From positions 1 through 41,127 of the IMG/VR virus record IMGVR_UViG_3300046385_000068: a stretch of DNA of 41,127 bases; one strand, written 5' to 3'. The translations under genes and the position numbers were made by a program. Position 1 is the first letter of the stretch, and every line of letters begins with the position of its first letter. Origin of the DNA: a virus. Its lineage: Duplodnaviria; Caudoviricetes. The notes beneath the pieces were generated by a model. The model worked only from the letters and a program-made list of their open reading frames with translations, did no database searches and was not told the origin of the DNA. Shown here piece by piece: positions 26,546 to 36,098 of the stretch.

Positions 26546-26752
26546 ATGAGTAAGTACAAGCCGACCTGTAAGTTATGCGGTGATGAGTTCGCTACGGCGC
26601 GCTTCAAACTGGGCATAGCAGTATGTCTTGAGTGTGGTGATGCCATAGCAAAAGAACGGAAGTTCACAATCGTACCAATGAACAAGAGTAACTACATTCC
26701 AGTTACAAACTTTGAGATTCTTAAACAACTTAACCCAAAGAGGACAACATGA
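26546..26752 (+). CDS. C4 zinc-finger protein (DksA/TraR-like finger)
   Basis: CKLCG...R..LG...CLEC; AGGAG RBS. Confidence 0.65.
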   Translation: MSKYKPTCKLCGDEFATARFKLGIAVCLECGDAIAKERKFTIVPMNKSNYIPVTNFEILKQLNPKRTT

Positions 26753-26967
26753 ATACCCTAAACAAAATATATAACCCTGAGTGGTCAGCCCGTAAGCGTA
26801 GGAACCGTAATGAGTTAGAAGCCTTGCGTATGCTCGTCGAGCTAATGAAAGCTGATACGCCGAAGGAGAAGCGTAAAGTAATTAAGACTTATAACCCGTA
26901 CCACTACATATTTGGTAACAAACTTAACCCACGAAAGGAAGTAAGCCATGAGCAAGAATCAGTATGA
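26749..26967 (+). CDS. Hypothetical protein
   Basis: ATGA overlap, GAGG RBS. Confidence 0.6.
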   Translation: MNTLNKIYNPEWSARKRRNRNELEALRMLVELMKADTPKEKRKVIKTYNPYHYIFGNKLNPRKEVSHEQESV

Positions 26968-27175
26968 ATCCATTTATAAAAATACAGGCACGGCACCTCG
27001 CACAACGGCAGAAGCATATAGGAACGCCGACTATGCCACACCGATATACCGCATGAGAACAGAGTGGGATGATGCGAAAGACTTCTTTATTGGTCTATGC
27101 GTATTCGCAATGTTCGTTGTGTGTTTCCTAGCCATAGGTTATGGCTTCATGGAGTGGCTTGATATTAAACTGTAA
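26948..27175 (+). CDS. Small protein with C-terminal TM helix
   Basis: FFIGLCVFAMFVVCFLAIGYGF. Confidence 0.6.
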   Translation: MSKNQYESIYKNTGTAPRTTAEAYRNADYATPIYRMRTEWDDAKDFFIGLCVFAMFVVCFLAIGYGFMEWLDIKL

Positions 27176-27187
27176 GCCTGTTATAAT
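27159..27187 (+). promoter_or_regulatory. Sigma70 promoter
   Basis: TTGATA-17 bp-TATAAT with extended TG. Confidence 0.7.
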
Positions 27188-27221
27188 GTAGTGTAAGTAG
27201 AGTTATGTGTGTTCAACCAAT

Positions 27222-27236
27222 TCCCTATGATAGGGA
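27222..27236. repeat. 15-bp palindrome copy 5 (TCCCTATGATAGGGA)
   Basis: Read directly. Confidence 0.9.
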
Positions 27237-27254
27237 TTAACTAAGGAAATTAAA

Positions 27255-28133
27255 ATGTTAAATGATAAAGACTATGCCTATTCTAAAATCAGTTCGTCAG
27301 CCATGTTGGTTGATGTTTCCATCTCTGTGTGGACAGGGCGAAAGCTAGACAAGTCGGTGAGTGCTGAGATTGATTCAGCCAAGCAGACCAAGACCAAGGC
27401 AGGCAACTACCACAAGAATCTTTTGGCAGGCTCTGAGAAGTTAGCCGAGATTGGTAAGATTGCATCAGCAGTTCGTAATTGGCATTACACACAGACCTCG
27501 CCTTGGAATGATGCGGGTTCACGCTTGTTACCTAGTTCTTTGTTCATGGACTACAAGCTACGCTTAACAGAATACGAAAAGATGTTTACACAAGCGGTTA
27601 CATCATTTCTGGCGGAGTACGACACACTTATAACCAAGTCAGCGTTTCAGTTAGGTGACCTATTCAATCGTGAGGACTACCCACAAGTAGACAAGATAGC
27701 GACCAAGTTCGGGTTTTTGTATTCATTCAGCCCTGTACCTGAGAGTGGTGATTTCCGAGTGGATATTGGTGAGGCGGGTATGGCAGAGCTACGCAACAAC
27801 TACGACCAAGCCTACCGATTCAAAGTAGCAACGGCTATGGAAGATGCCAAAGCACGCTTACACGACCAACTTAAACATATGAGTGAGCGACTAAGTGGCG
27901 TACAAGGTGACACCAAAAAGATATTTAGAGATAGCTTGATTGATAACGCAGTCGAGCTATGCCAAGTATTGAAGCACCTGAACATTACGCAAGACCCTCA
28001 GCTTGAACAGATGAGGTATGACCTCGAGCAAAGCATTAAACATATTGATGCCCAAAGTCTACGAGAGAGTGATGAGTTACGCCGAGCCACTAAGAATAGA
28101 GTGGACAGTCTTTTAAATAAATTTGCATTTTAA
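27255..28133 (+). CDS. Conserved phage protein (DUF3150-like), partner of the AAA/VWA pair
   Basis: SVWTGRKLD, PW.D.G.RLLP, LF...DYP, IFRDSL, LNIT.DP motifs. Confidence 0.6.
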   Translation: MLNDKDYAYSKISSSAMLVDVSISVWTGRKLDKSVSAEIDSAKQTKTKAGNYHKNLLAGSEKLAEIGKIASAVRNWHYTQTSPWNDAGSRLLPSSLFMDYKLRLTEYEKMFTQAVTSFLAEYDTLITKSAFQLGDLFNREDYPQVDKIATKFGFLYSFSPVPESGDFRVDIGEAGMAELRNNYDQAYRFKVATAMEDAKARLHDQLKHMSERLSGVQGDTKKIFRDSLIDNAVELCQVLKHLNITQDPQLEQMRYDLEQSIKHIDAQSLRESDELRRATKNRVDSLLNKFAF

Positions 28134-28159
28134 TTAAACCAACCAAAGGAGTAGTAAAC

Positions 28160-29236
28160 ATGGACTTATATAAATCAATCACATTGAAGCAGACCGCCGA
28201 GCTTATCCTAGCAGTAGGCGATAAGGTAACTGTACTTGCACAAGGCGAGATGGGTATTGGCAAATCATCTATCCTCAAGACACTTAAAGATAAATTAGGT
28301 GACAAGTACCACTACTGTTATGGTGACATGACCACTAAAGATGTGGGCGACTTTCTTGTACCTAAGATTCGCACCATTGATGGCACAGAGGTATGTAGCT
28401 TTATACCTAACGAGGAGTTCGGCTTTCACTTTGACAAGCCTATTGTGTTGATGCTTGACGAGATTGGCAAAGCACCCAAGGCAGTTATGAACGCTTGCTT
28501 ACGCCTGATGCTTGAACGACAGCTAGGTATCTATTCATTACCCAAGGGCAGTATTGTGTTCGCTACAACTAACCTAGCAGTAGAGGGTATCGGTGACAAC
28601 TTACCGCCTCATGCACGCAATCGTATCTCGGTAGTGAAAGTAGCTAAGCCAAGTGCTGAGGACTGGATAGAGAACTATGCTTTAGATAATGGCATCTTGC
28701 CTGAAGTTATCCTAGCAGTAAAACAATTCCCTCAGATGTTGCAGTCATTTGAAGATGTAACCGACCCCAAGGACAACGAGTATATCAACGACCCTCGTAT
28801 GCCTAGACCCGCATTTGTGACACACCGCTCACTAGAGAAAGCTAGTGACATTCTCAAAGCAACCAAGGGCATGAGCGATACTATCACCTCACACGCTCTT
28901 ATCGGCACAATCGGTGCAAGAGCAACTTACGACATGATGGCTATGGTCAGACTAGCTAACGACCTACCTGATTGGGATAGCATTGTTAAATCACCAATGA
29001 CCGCACAAGTACCTGATTCACCAAGTGCCGTATGTATGTTGGTCTACTCAGCCGTACAACGCATAGAGAAAGATTCAGTTAATGCGTGGGTTAAATACAT
29101 GAGCCGTATCAGTAAGGAAGCACAAGGCTTATTCGCCACAAGCGTGATGCGAACCAAGAAAGCAAGCACAGTAGGCACAAGCAAGGAGTTCATAACATGG
29201 GCTACCGACAACAACTATTTATTCGCTAGAGCTTAA
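28160..29236 (+). CDS. MoxR-like AAA+ ATPase
   Basis: Walker A GEMGIGKS, Walker B LMLDE, sensor ATTN, RNR. Confidence 0.85.
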   Translation: MDLYKSITLKQTAELILAVGDKVTVLAQGEMGIGKSSILKTLKDKLGDKYHYCYGDMTTKDVGDFLVPKIRTIDGTEVCSFIPNEEFGFHFDKPIVLMLDEIGKAPKAVMNACLRLMLERQLGIYSLPKGSIVFATTNLAVEGIGDNLPPHARNRISVVKVAKPSAEDWIENYALDNGILPEVILAVKQFPQMLQSFEDVTDPKDNEYINDPRMPRPAFVTHRSLEKASDILKATKGMSDTITSHALIGTIGARATYDMMAMVRLANDLPDWDSIVKSPMTAQVPDSPSAVCMLVYSAVQRIEKDSVNAWVKYMSRISKEAQGLFATSVMRTKKASTVGTSKEFITWATDNNYLFARA

Positions 29237-29251
29237 TCCCTATCATAGGGA
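29237..29251. repeat. 15-bp palindrome copy 6 (TCCCTATCATAGGGA)
   Basis: Read directly; abuts AAGGAG RBS. Confidence 0.9.
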
Positions 29252-29262
29252 AAGGAGATGTT

Positions 29263-30438
29263 ATGCAAACAACCATAAGTAAACTTACAGCAGAACAACG
29301 CATTGAACGCTGTCACATTGACCTGATGAACCACCCGAACTTTGTCGCATATAGTGGCATCTTGATGATTGGCTCAGTAAAGATATGTGACGATACACCT
29401 ACGGCTTACACTAATGGCAGAGATGTTGTGTATGGCAGAGAGTTCTTAACTAAGCTAACTGAACCTCAGTTGCGTGGTCTTATCTTGCATGAGAACAAAC
29501 ATAAGATGTACCGACACATAGCTACATGGCAACACTTATGGAAACAAAATGCTCGTAAGGCTAACATGGCTTGTGACTATGTAATCAACATAGAGATTGT
29601 TGATGAGGGTAAGGCTACTAACGGCTTTGTCGAAGTACCTGATGGCGGTCTTGTTGATGAGAAGTATCGTGGCATGGACAGTCAGACGGTGTTCAGTCTA
29701 TTACCTGATGAAGATGAACAAAGTGGTGGTCAGGGTGGAGGCTCGCTTGATGAACATGGTTGGGAAGATGGTCAGTCTATGTCAGCCGAAGAAGTTAAAG
29801 AGTTAGCCGAGGAGATTGATAACGCAGTTCGACAAGGTGCAATCCTAGCGGGTAAGTGTAACGGTAATCTTAATCGTTGCTTTACCGACTTGATGAGTGC
29901 CAAGGTCAATTGGAAAGAAGCCTTGCGTGAGTTTGTATCGTCGGTTGCCCAAGGTAAAGATGATTCCACATGGCGTAAGCCTAATCGTAGATGGTTGCAA
30001 CACAACATCTATATGCCAAGTACTATCAGCGAGAGCATGGGGTCTATCCTTATTGCCGTAGATACATCAGGCTCTATTCGTGACGAGGACATCAACAAGT
30101 TCTTATCCGAGGTAGTAGGCATCATGAACAATGTGAACCCTGAGCAAGTGCATCTGTTGTATTGGGACTCAGCAGTAGCGGGGCATGAGGTGTATGGCGT
30201 TGGAGATGGTGACAGACTAATGAGTTCTACCAAACCCAAGGGCGGTGGTGGTACAAGCCCTAGTTGTATTACCGAGTATATGAAAGCCAATAAGCTAACA
30301 CCTGAATGTAGCGTTGTGCTTACAGATGGTTATGTAGGTGGCGATTGGGGTGGCGATTGGTCTAGCCCTGTGTTGTGGGCAATCGTTGGCGGTTGTAAAG
30401 ATGTGCCGACTAAAGGCTCAGTTATTTATGTTGATTAA
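29263..30438 (+). CDS. Metallopeptidase-like (HExxH) plus VWA domain protein (DUF2201-like)
   Basis: TAYTNG, LHENKH, N.ACDYVIN; MIDAS DTSGS, GGGGT, LTDG. Confidence 0.85.
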   Translation: MQTTISKLTAEQRIERCHIDLMNHPNFVAYSGILMIGSVKICDDTPTAYTNGRDVVYGREFLTKLTEPQLRGLILHENKHKMYRHIATWQHLWKQNARKANMACDYVINIEIVDEGKATNGFVEVPDGGLVDEKYRGMDSQTVFSLLPDEDEQSGGQGGGSLDEHGWEDGQSMSAEEVKELAEEIDNAVRQGAILAGKCNGNLNRCFTDLMSAKVNWKEALREFVSSVAQGKDDSTWRKPNRRWLQHNIYMPSTISESMGSILIAVDTSGSIRDEDINKFLSEVVGIMNNVNPEQVHLLYWDSAVAGHEVYGVGDGDRLMSSTKPKGGGGTSPSCITEYMKANKLTPECSVVLTDGYVGGDWGGDWSSPVLWAIVGGCKDVPTKGSVIYVD

Positions 30439-30447
30439 GGAGATGGT

Positions 30448-30678
30448 ATGAGTTTAGCTGATGATGTAGCAGACTTGGAAGAATCGTATGAGCAAGCAAA
30501 ACAAGATTGTAGAAACCTTGAAGAACAGCTTGATGAGGTTGAGATGGAGTTAGAAGATGTGACAAATCAATTAACCGACCTGAAAGCATTTAAGGAGTGG
30601 GTTGAGCTTGCTTACCCTGTCGTGGTTAAAGATTACGAATGTGTGAAAGTTATTGAGGAGGTGGCACATGGGATATAG
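30448..30678 (+). CDS. Acidic coiled-coil protein
   Basis: AGGAG RBS, heptad pattern. Confidence 0.65.
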   Translation: MSLADDVADLEESYEQAKQDCRNLEEQLDEVEMELEDVTNQLTDLKAFKEWVELAYPVVVKDYECVKVIEEVAHGI

Positions 30679-31069
30679 AAGCGAAGTTGCATACAAGATT
30701 AAGTTTTACGAAGAAGCCCAATGGAATGTATTTATTCTTGAGGCTAAATCTAAACCTGAAACACGAGCGTGCTTTGAAGATGAGTACCTAACTGTTGATT
30801 ATGACAAGCAAGCAATCATGTTTTACGCTGATGATGTGAAGTGGTACGAAAGCTACGAAGATGTGCAATGTCACCATAATCTAATGAGTTTGGTAGATGA
30901 GTACAACGAAAGAGCTACTGACCAAGATAAAGATGCGGGTTATGTAGGTGGGTATTTATATAGGCGTATAGGTGAAGCAGAAGATGATGTAGATACTCAG
31001 CATGGCGGTGACCCTGATTGGGATTGGATTGGGTTAAGCCGTAGCCTTCATGTTGATTGGCAAGCGTAA
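30668..31069 (+). CDS. Hypothetical protein (MGYRSEV start)
   Basis: GAGG RBS before ATG 30668. Confidence 0.65.
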   Translation: MGYRSEVAYKIKFYEEAQWNVFILEAKSKPETRACFEDEYLTVDYDKQAIMFYADDVKWYESYEDVQCHHNLMSLVDEYNERATDQDKDAGYVGGYLYRRIGEAEDDVDTQHGGDPDWDWIGLSRSLHVDWQA

Positions 31070-31098
31070 GTTTTTTAATTTAATGGAAAGGAATTATT

Positions 31099-32121
31099 AT
31101 GAGTTTCGGTGGATATGGAAGAAGCCCTGAAGATGTGCAACGCAATAACGGACAGCGTTACGACTTTAAAAAGATAGCAGAGCGGTATGAGAATACTGTG
31201 CCTTTGCGTGGTAAACGTAAGGCGCAAAACATTAGACCACATGGTGAACGTAACCGTGATTGGGAACGTATTGTTAAGGTTAGTGACCACGAGTATTACT
31301 TAACTAACAATGCTTACAGATGGTATGACAAGCATGGATACTCACCCAATCGTGCGATTACATTCAAGAGTGATGACGAGGGTAACGAAACAATTATTGT
31401 GCATACACCGAGAGTGTATTGGGGTGACAAGCCTGAAGATAGAGAGCGCTTGCTACCTAGGCAGTTAGGTGTGCCGTCTAGCTTTTTCTTTTACCATTGC
31501 AACTTACCTGACGAGTTAGGCATGGCTAAGTATCACAGCAAAAACTATTTAATGGTGAGGGTTGAGGAAGGCTACGACCAAAGCTGTTGGAAATACTACA
31601 CAGTTGATAAGGGTGACGTAGTGCTGACCCGTGGTGCGTTTGAGAAGTTCTTTAAGCCATTGATTGTGCATCGTGAGTTTCACCGCTCGCTTGACCGCAA
31701 GAAGACTAAGGCTATCCGTGAGGAACTATCATCGTTCGCTGAGTATGTGCGTGTCATGATGCCGATTGTTGAAGCTAATAGACAATCTATGTATAGCCCA
31801 CCTATCTATTGGGCTACTAGAGAGAGTGATGAAGGTTTATATGTATCAGGTGGCATAGCTAAGGAGTGTTTGGGCAAAGGTTGGCGTGGTTTGTTTGCGG
31901 GTGAGCCAAATGAGTTGTCGTTCAAGCTAGTTCAGTATTACAAGCACAGATGCCAACGCAACAGATGGAACGCTGAAACTCGTTCTTATGAAGCACTAGA
32001 TGTGACACCGCAACGCATAGCTAGCTACATAGCTAACGAAGTTTACAGATACGAGAAGCCCTTGCACGAAGAACCTGTTGAACTAGGCGTAAAAACATTT
32101 GATAAATATAGGACATGGTAA
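31099..32121 (+). CDS. Hypothetical protein
   Basis: 340-aa ORF with AAGGA RBS. Confidence 0.75.
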   Translation: MSFGGYGRSPEDVQRNNGQRYDFKKIAERYENTVPLRGKRKAQNIRPHGERNRDWERIVKVSDHEYYLTNNAYRWYDKHGYSPNRAITFKSDDEGNETIIVHTPRVYWGDKPEDRERLLPRQLGVPSSFFFYHCNLPDELGMAKYHSKNYLMVRVEEGYDQSCWKYYTVDKGDVVLTRGAFEKFFKPLIVHREFHRSLDRKKTKAIREELSSFAEYVRVMMPIVEANRQSMYSPPIYWATRESDEGLYVSGGIAKECLGKGWRGLFAGEPNELSFKLVQYYKHRCQRNRWNAETRSYEALDVTPQRIASYIANEVYRYEKPLHEEPVELGVKTFDKYRTW

Positions 32122-32131
32122 GGAGAAAAGT

Positions 32132-32974
32132 ATGAACCCACAAGAACAACATGAATATGATGTAGCCGTGCAAGTTGGGCACGAGCATTTTTACGAAAAC
32201 ATACCCGTATTCAAATCAGAGGCAATCGACTTACTCAATGCGATTAAAAAGAAAAAGCCTGAGTTAATAGTAGTAGGTGGCTCAAGACGGCGAACACACT
32301 ACGCCGAGAACAACGTGCAAGTGCACACCTATCGGGAGCTTGAGCTTGCCTATGCCAATATGCCTAATCAAGTAGTTGGCGCTATTGGTTTTGATGGTGA
32401 GGTATACACGGTAAATAGCCGACTGATTGAAAACGCTAGGTTTTCAGCGTGGAGTAGCTATGACCACCATACCAAGAAATCTAAGCACATGAATAACATA
32501 GTAAAGGAAGCCCTTAAATACTTATTGCCGACCCAATTAAAAGAAGTAATTGCTGAGAGTAAAGATAAGTTTAACTCTGAGATAGGGAAAATTCGGGAGA
32601 AGGCTAATTACGGTATGCGTAACGTATTGGGGAGTACCAATCTTGCCTTGCGTGATGAGCTGTTTCATATGGTTGAGCAGGGGTATAAGCCTAAGAACGC
32701 CTCCTTTGCTAGTGCTATGGCGTATGTGGTTGAAACCAAAGATGAGTATGACCGTAACCAATACTACGACCCACCTAAAGCCTTTGTGTGGATTAAGCCT
32801 GATTCGGTTGTATATAAGATAGACAAGGGAGAGCTACTCTCAGTCGCTACTACCGAGGACTTACCTGAAGAAATACGTGGAAAGTTGTTTGTGCTTATGG
32901 TTTCAGACAAAGATGTATTCATTGATGAGGTAGGTATGAAAGCAGACGACAACAAGTTTTGGGTAATCCTATGA
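32132..32974 (+). CDS. Hypothetical protein
   Basis: AGGAG RBS before ATG 32132. Confidence 0.75.
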   Translation: MNPQEQHEYDVAVQVGHEHFYENIPVFKSEAIDLLNAIKKKKPELIVVGGSRRRTHYAENNVQVHTYRELELAYANMPNQVVGAIGFDGEVYTVNSRLIENARFSAWSSYDHHTKKSKHMNNIVKEALKYLLPTQLKEVIAESKDKFNSEIGKIREKANYGMRNVLGSTNLALRDELFHMVEQGYKPKNASFASAMAYVVETKDEYDRNQYYDPPKAFVWIKPDSVVYKIDKGELLSVATTEDLPEEIRGKLFVLMVSDKDVFIDEVGMKADDNKFWVIL

Positions 32975-33438
32975 ACAAGATAGCAAAAGATGCTTTGAGT
33001 ATGATATTTGATGAGGTATTCGCCATGTGGGGGGGTGATAAAAAGTTAGATGACCAAGTAGCTACCGAGTTGCAAGTCCCTGTATTTGCGGGGGAACGGT
33101 TAAAAATGATAACCAAAAAGGTTAATGCAATTATGGGTAGACAAGAAGAATTACCTCTAGACAACGTTTGGCGTGTTGAAATTAAGCAAAACGCTAGAGT
33201 AATGTTAGATGACTTTACATTGCCAAGTTCTTCCGATATCATGCGTAAAATAATTAATCTTGTTGATGCACCTAAGTTTATTCAAGATGGGGTGTCGGTG
33301 TTACAGATTGCACCTGATGGCACATCTATTGAGGGTGTAGGTAAGAAGATTAGTGAAGACGTTTATTACATAGTGGAGAGTAACGATGGCAAGCACACCA
33401 GAGAAGAAGGTAAAAGACGATGTCAAAAAGATACTTAA
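32971..33438 (+). CDS. Hypothetical protein sharing C-terminal domain with upstream gene
   Basis: ATGA overlap; similar C-terminal ~38 aa. Confidence 0.7.
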   Translation: MNKIAKDALSMIFDEVFAMWGGDKKLDDQVATELQVPVFAGERLKMITKKVNAIMGRQEELPLDNVWRVEIKQNARVMLDDFTLPSSSDIMRKIINLVDAPKFIQDGVSVLQIAPDGTSIEGVGKKISEDVYYIVESNDGKHTREEGKRRCQKDT

Positions 33439-33718
33439 ACTACACAACGCATACTACTTTTCGCCCGTCACAGGGGGCTTTGGCACATCGGGCGTTCCAG
33501 ACCTTGTTGCGTGCATCAAGGGAAAGTTCATCGGAATCGAGTGCAAAGCGGGAAAAGGTAAACCTACAGCGTTACAAGAAAAAAACTTAATTACTATCAT
33601 GAACGCAGGTGGCATCGCTGTGTTAGTGAACGAAAGGGGCGTAGAAACCCTGAAGATGTTTTTAGATGCCGAGATGCCCGAACAGGGTATGTTTTTAGAT
33701 TTATTAAAGGAGAATTAA
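33386..33718 (+). CDS. VRR-NUC / PD-(D/E)XK nuclease (resolvase-like)
   Basis: TPEKKVK, GVPD, FIGIECKA, PTALQ. Confidence 0.85.
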   Translation: MASTPEKKVKDDVKKILKLHNAYYFSPVTGGFGTSGVPDLVACIKGKFIGIECKAGKGKPTALQEKNLITIMNAGGIAVLVNERGVETLKMFLDAEMPEQGMFLDLLKEN

Positions 33719-33720
33719 AC

Positions 33721-34104
33721 ATGAGCTGGACTAAAGTTGAACCAAAAGAAGTAACAGATGTATTAGATTTACAAGAAGTAGCGGACTTAAGCGTAGCCGA
33801 AATAATACAGGCTAGTGAAAAAACAAACGTTGAAACTATGGCAAATGTTGCACACAAACTAACACAAGGGAAATCTAAAGTGCGTAAAGAAAAAGTAAAA
33901 GCAGACATGGTAAATAACCCACCGCATTACACATCACACCCAAGTGGCATTGAGTGTATTCAAATTACTGAACATATGGGTTTTAACCTAGGTAATGCGT
34001 TGAAGTATATTTGGCGTGCTGACCTAAAGGGTAGTGCCGTTGAAGACCTAGAAAAGGCTATCTTTTATATCAATCGTGAGCTAGACAAGAGAGATGCGAA
34101 ATGA
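33721..34104 (+). CDS. DUF3310 (SaV / T7 gp1.7-like) protein
   Basis: DMVNNPPHY, IECI, GNALKYIWRA..K, EDLEKA. Confidence 0.85.
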   Translation: MSWTKVEPKEVTDVLDLQEVADLSVAEIIQASEKTNVETMANVAHKLTQGKSKVRKEKVKADMVNNPPHYTSHPSGIECIQITEHMGFNLGNALKYIWRADLKGSAVEDLEKAIFYINRELDKRDAK

Positions 34105-34595
34105 GCGACTTAAGAACTGAAATTGTAACCAAAGTGTTAAACGGTTGGGATGCCCCTAACACGCAAGTTGAATCATCACTTACAGAAAGTGTATTTACAT
34201 ACGTTCAAAACAATCCTAGCTGTACGGCTAATGATGTAGTAGATAATACTCGTGCTGATTTGGGTAGAGCCTCAGCTATATTGTTGTCGCTTTATCAGAA
34301 AGGTAAGTTAGACCGCAAGGAATATCCTAACCCTAAGCCTGATGGTAAGCGACATACTGTATACGCCTATTGGCCTGCTATTAATAAGTTCAAGGATAAG
34401 GGCGTATCACGCCTACTAAAGAAGCCTAAGAAAACAATTCGTTTAAGAGATACTTTTGAGATGCCAAGGATGAAACAAGTTGCGCTTGAACAAGCCCCGA
34501 TTAAGAAAGAGTTTGACCCGCACGCTTTTGTAAAAGGCTTAAATGTTCATGACGCTAAAGAAGTTTACCTGCTGTTAAAAGATGTTTTTGGATGA
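34101..34595 (+). CDS. Winged-helix-like protein
   Basis: VFTYVQNNPSCTANDV...LLSLYQKGKL. Confidence 0.55.
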   Translation: MSDLRTEIVTKVLNGWDAPNTQVESSLTESVFTYVQNNPSCTANDVVDNTRADLGRASAILLSLYQKGKLDRKEYPNPKPDGKRHTVYAYWPAINKFKDKGVSRLLKKPKKTIRLRDTFEMPRMKQVALEQAPIKKEFDPHAFVKGLNVHDAKEVYLLLKDVFG

Positions 34596-34771
34596 TTGAT
34601 TACAGGTTTGTAATAAGTGACGAGGACGGCGAGCTGAGAAGGTTCGCCACCAAGGTAGATGCTTGCGAGTTTATGAAGGGGCAAGATGGTATGAAGCTAA
34701 CTGTGTTGCCACCTTCCCGCAAGTGTATGCCGATTGACCCATTAACTTTAGTAGGGGAGTGCAGATTTTGA
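34592..34771 (+). CDS. 59-aa hypothetical protein (not in ORF track)
   Basis: ATGA overlap; MIDYRFVISDEDGELRRF...; fills the gap. Confidence 0.55.
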   Translation: MIDYRFVISDEDGELRRFATKVDACEFMKGQDGMKLTVLPPSRKCMPIDPLTLVGECRF

Positions 34772-34947
34772 ATGAAGATGACTTGAGAGATTGTTTTGCT
34801 ATGTTTGCCCTAGCGGGTGCAGTAATGGCAGGTAAAAGTAGAACCGCCGACGAAGTGTGGCAGATTGCTGATGAGATGATGGAAGCCCGTAAGGCGAAAG
34901 ACGAGGCGGGTATTGCCTCAGTTAAACGTACAAGGAAACCAAAATGA
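34759..34947 (+). CDS. Small conserved phage protein
   Basis: LRDCFAM.AL...IADEMMEAR motif. Confidence 0.7.
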   Translation: MQILNEDDLRDCFAMFALAGAVMAGKSRTADEVWQIADEMMEARKAKDEAGIASVKRTRKPK

Positions 34948-35405
34948 GAACTGAAATTAATATAGACAAGCCCGACTTTTACTTAAAGGGTGAGCCTGTT
35001 TGGCATCAGAATTCTGTTATAGAAGTAAATACCAATCAAATGGTTATTGCCGAAGACGGCGGTATAACTGTAACTAATAGGGAGTTAACTAAAGTGAATA
35101 AAAGAACAGAAGAGTGCATCAAAGAAGTAGACGCTACTATGGAGCAACTGCGTAAGTCGGTTGAGATGATTCAAAATGCCGCTGACGCTACGCAAGAGCA
35201 TCTTAAAAAGAAGACTGCTCAGATTAAAGATTACCAATCTCAGCTTGCTACTGCAATCGTTAACCTAAACAAGACGATGAACGACAAGCAATTAGAAACT
35301 ATGGTTAGTAACGCTGAGCGTTTAGTTACCGCACTACAAGCATTGGATAGCTTGAACAAGCATGGTAGTTTAGACAACATTCTGAAAGCATTGGGGAACA
35401 AATGA
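34944..35405 (+). CDS. Coiled-coil hypothetical protein
   Basis: ATGA overlap, heptads. Confidence 0.65.
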   Translation: MRTEINIDKPDFYLKGEPVWHQNSVIEVNTNQMVIAEDGGITVTNRELTKVNKRTEECIKEVDATMEQLRKSVEMIQNAADATQEHLKKKTAQIKDYQSQLATAIVNLNKTMNDKQLETMVSNAERLVTALQALDSLNKHGSLDNILKALGNK

Positions 35406-35626
35406 AACAACTTGTTTGGAACACAACAACCAAAAGCTTTTTAGTAGGTGCGGTTGTAGGTGCCGTGCTTGGCGGGGTATATGCCACATATGCAACTAAC
35501 ATGAACCTGTATTATGACTGTCGCTATGCAGGGGTTACTCGTGTTGGGGAGGCTGCTTTTAAATGTGAGCAGTTCTCCAAAGTGGTAATGCTAATACCTG
35601 ACTCCAAGAAGGAGGCTAAAAAATAA
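35402..35626 (+). CDS. Small membrane-anchored protein
   Basis: N-terminal hydrophobic helix; ATGA overlap. Confidence 0.6.
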   Translation: MKQLVWNTTTKSFLVGAVVGAVLGGVYATYATNMNLYYDCRYAGVTRVGEAAFKCEQFSKVVMLIPDSKKEAKK

Positions 35627-35853
35627 TGTGGAATCATAGAATAGTTAGTACCCTTGACGAGATGGGTAACGAATACTTTGAGATTGCTGAAGTGTTCTAC
35701 GATAGCGAGGGTGAAGCCTATGCTTATGGGCAGGCAACAATAGGCTCTGATGATATAGAAGGCATCTACGCCCAACTCGAATGGTTTAATGCGGCGGATA
35801 CAAAGCCTATATTAAAGTACCCCGAACACTTTACTGGAGATGTAAACAAATGA
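35626..35853 (+). CDS. Hypothetical protein (MWNHRI...EVFYD family)
   Basis: TAATG coupling, GGAGG RBS. Confidence 0.65.
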   Translation: MWNHRIVSTLDEMGNEYFEIAEVFYDSEGEAYAYGQATIGSDDIEGIYAQLEWFNAADTKPILKYPEHFTGDVNK

Positions 35854-36098
35854 AATACATGGATATTGATTGTTACGAGCGAGGATGTGCCTGTGCCTCA
35901 AGCAGTAGAGTCGCAGGGGAAGACACCGAAGTCGTTGAGGTAGTTAGACTTAAAGAGTTAAGCAAAGAAGAGATTGAAACCTTGTCTAAGGAATGTATGT
36001 CTTACTTGCCGTGTATTCAAAGGTGGTTTTCCAATACGCATGAGTTAGATATTTATAAATTCGCCAACGCAATACTAAAGAAAGCGAGTGAGAAATGA
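35850..36098 (+). CDS. Hypothetical protein
   Basis: ATGA overlap; ELS.EEI...FANAILKKASEK. Confidence 0.6.
   Translation: MKYMDIDCYERGCACASSSRVAGEDTEVVEVVRLKELSKEEIETLSKECMSYLPCIQRWFSNTHELDIYKFANAILKKASEK

Noticed and set aside
24185-29251. Palindrome resembles tetO (TCCCTATCAGTGATAGAGA)
   Set aside because: Half-sites are 4 bp closer than in tetO and no TetR gene or vector sequence is present; the resemblance is probably coincidental.
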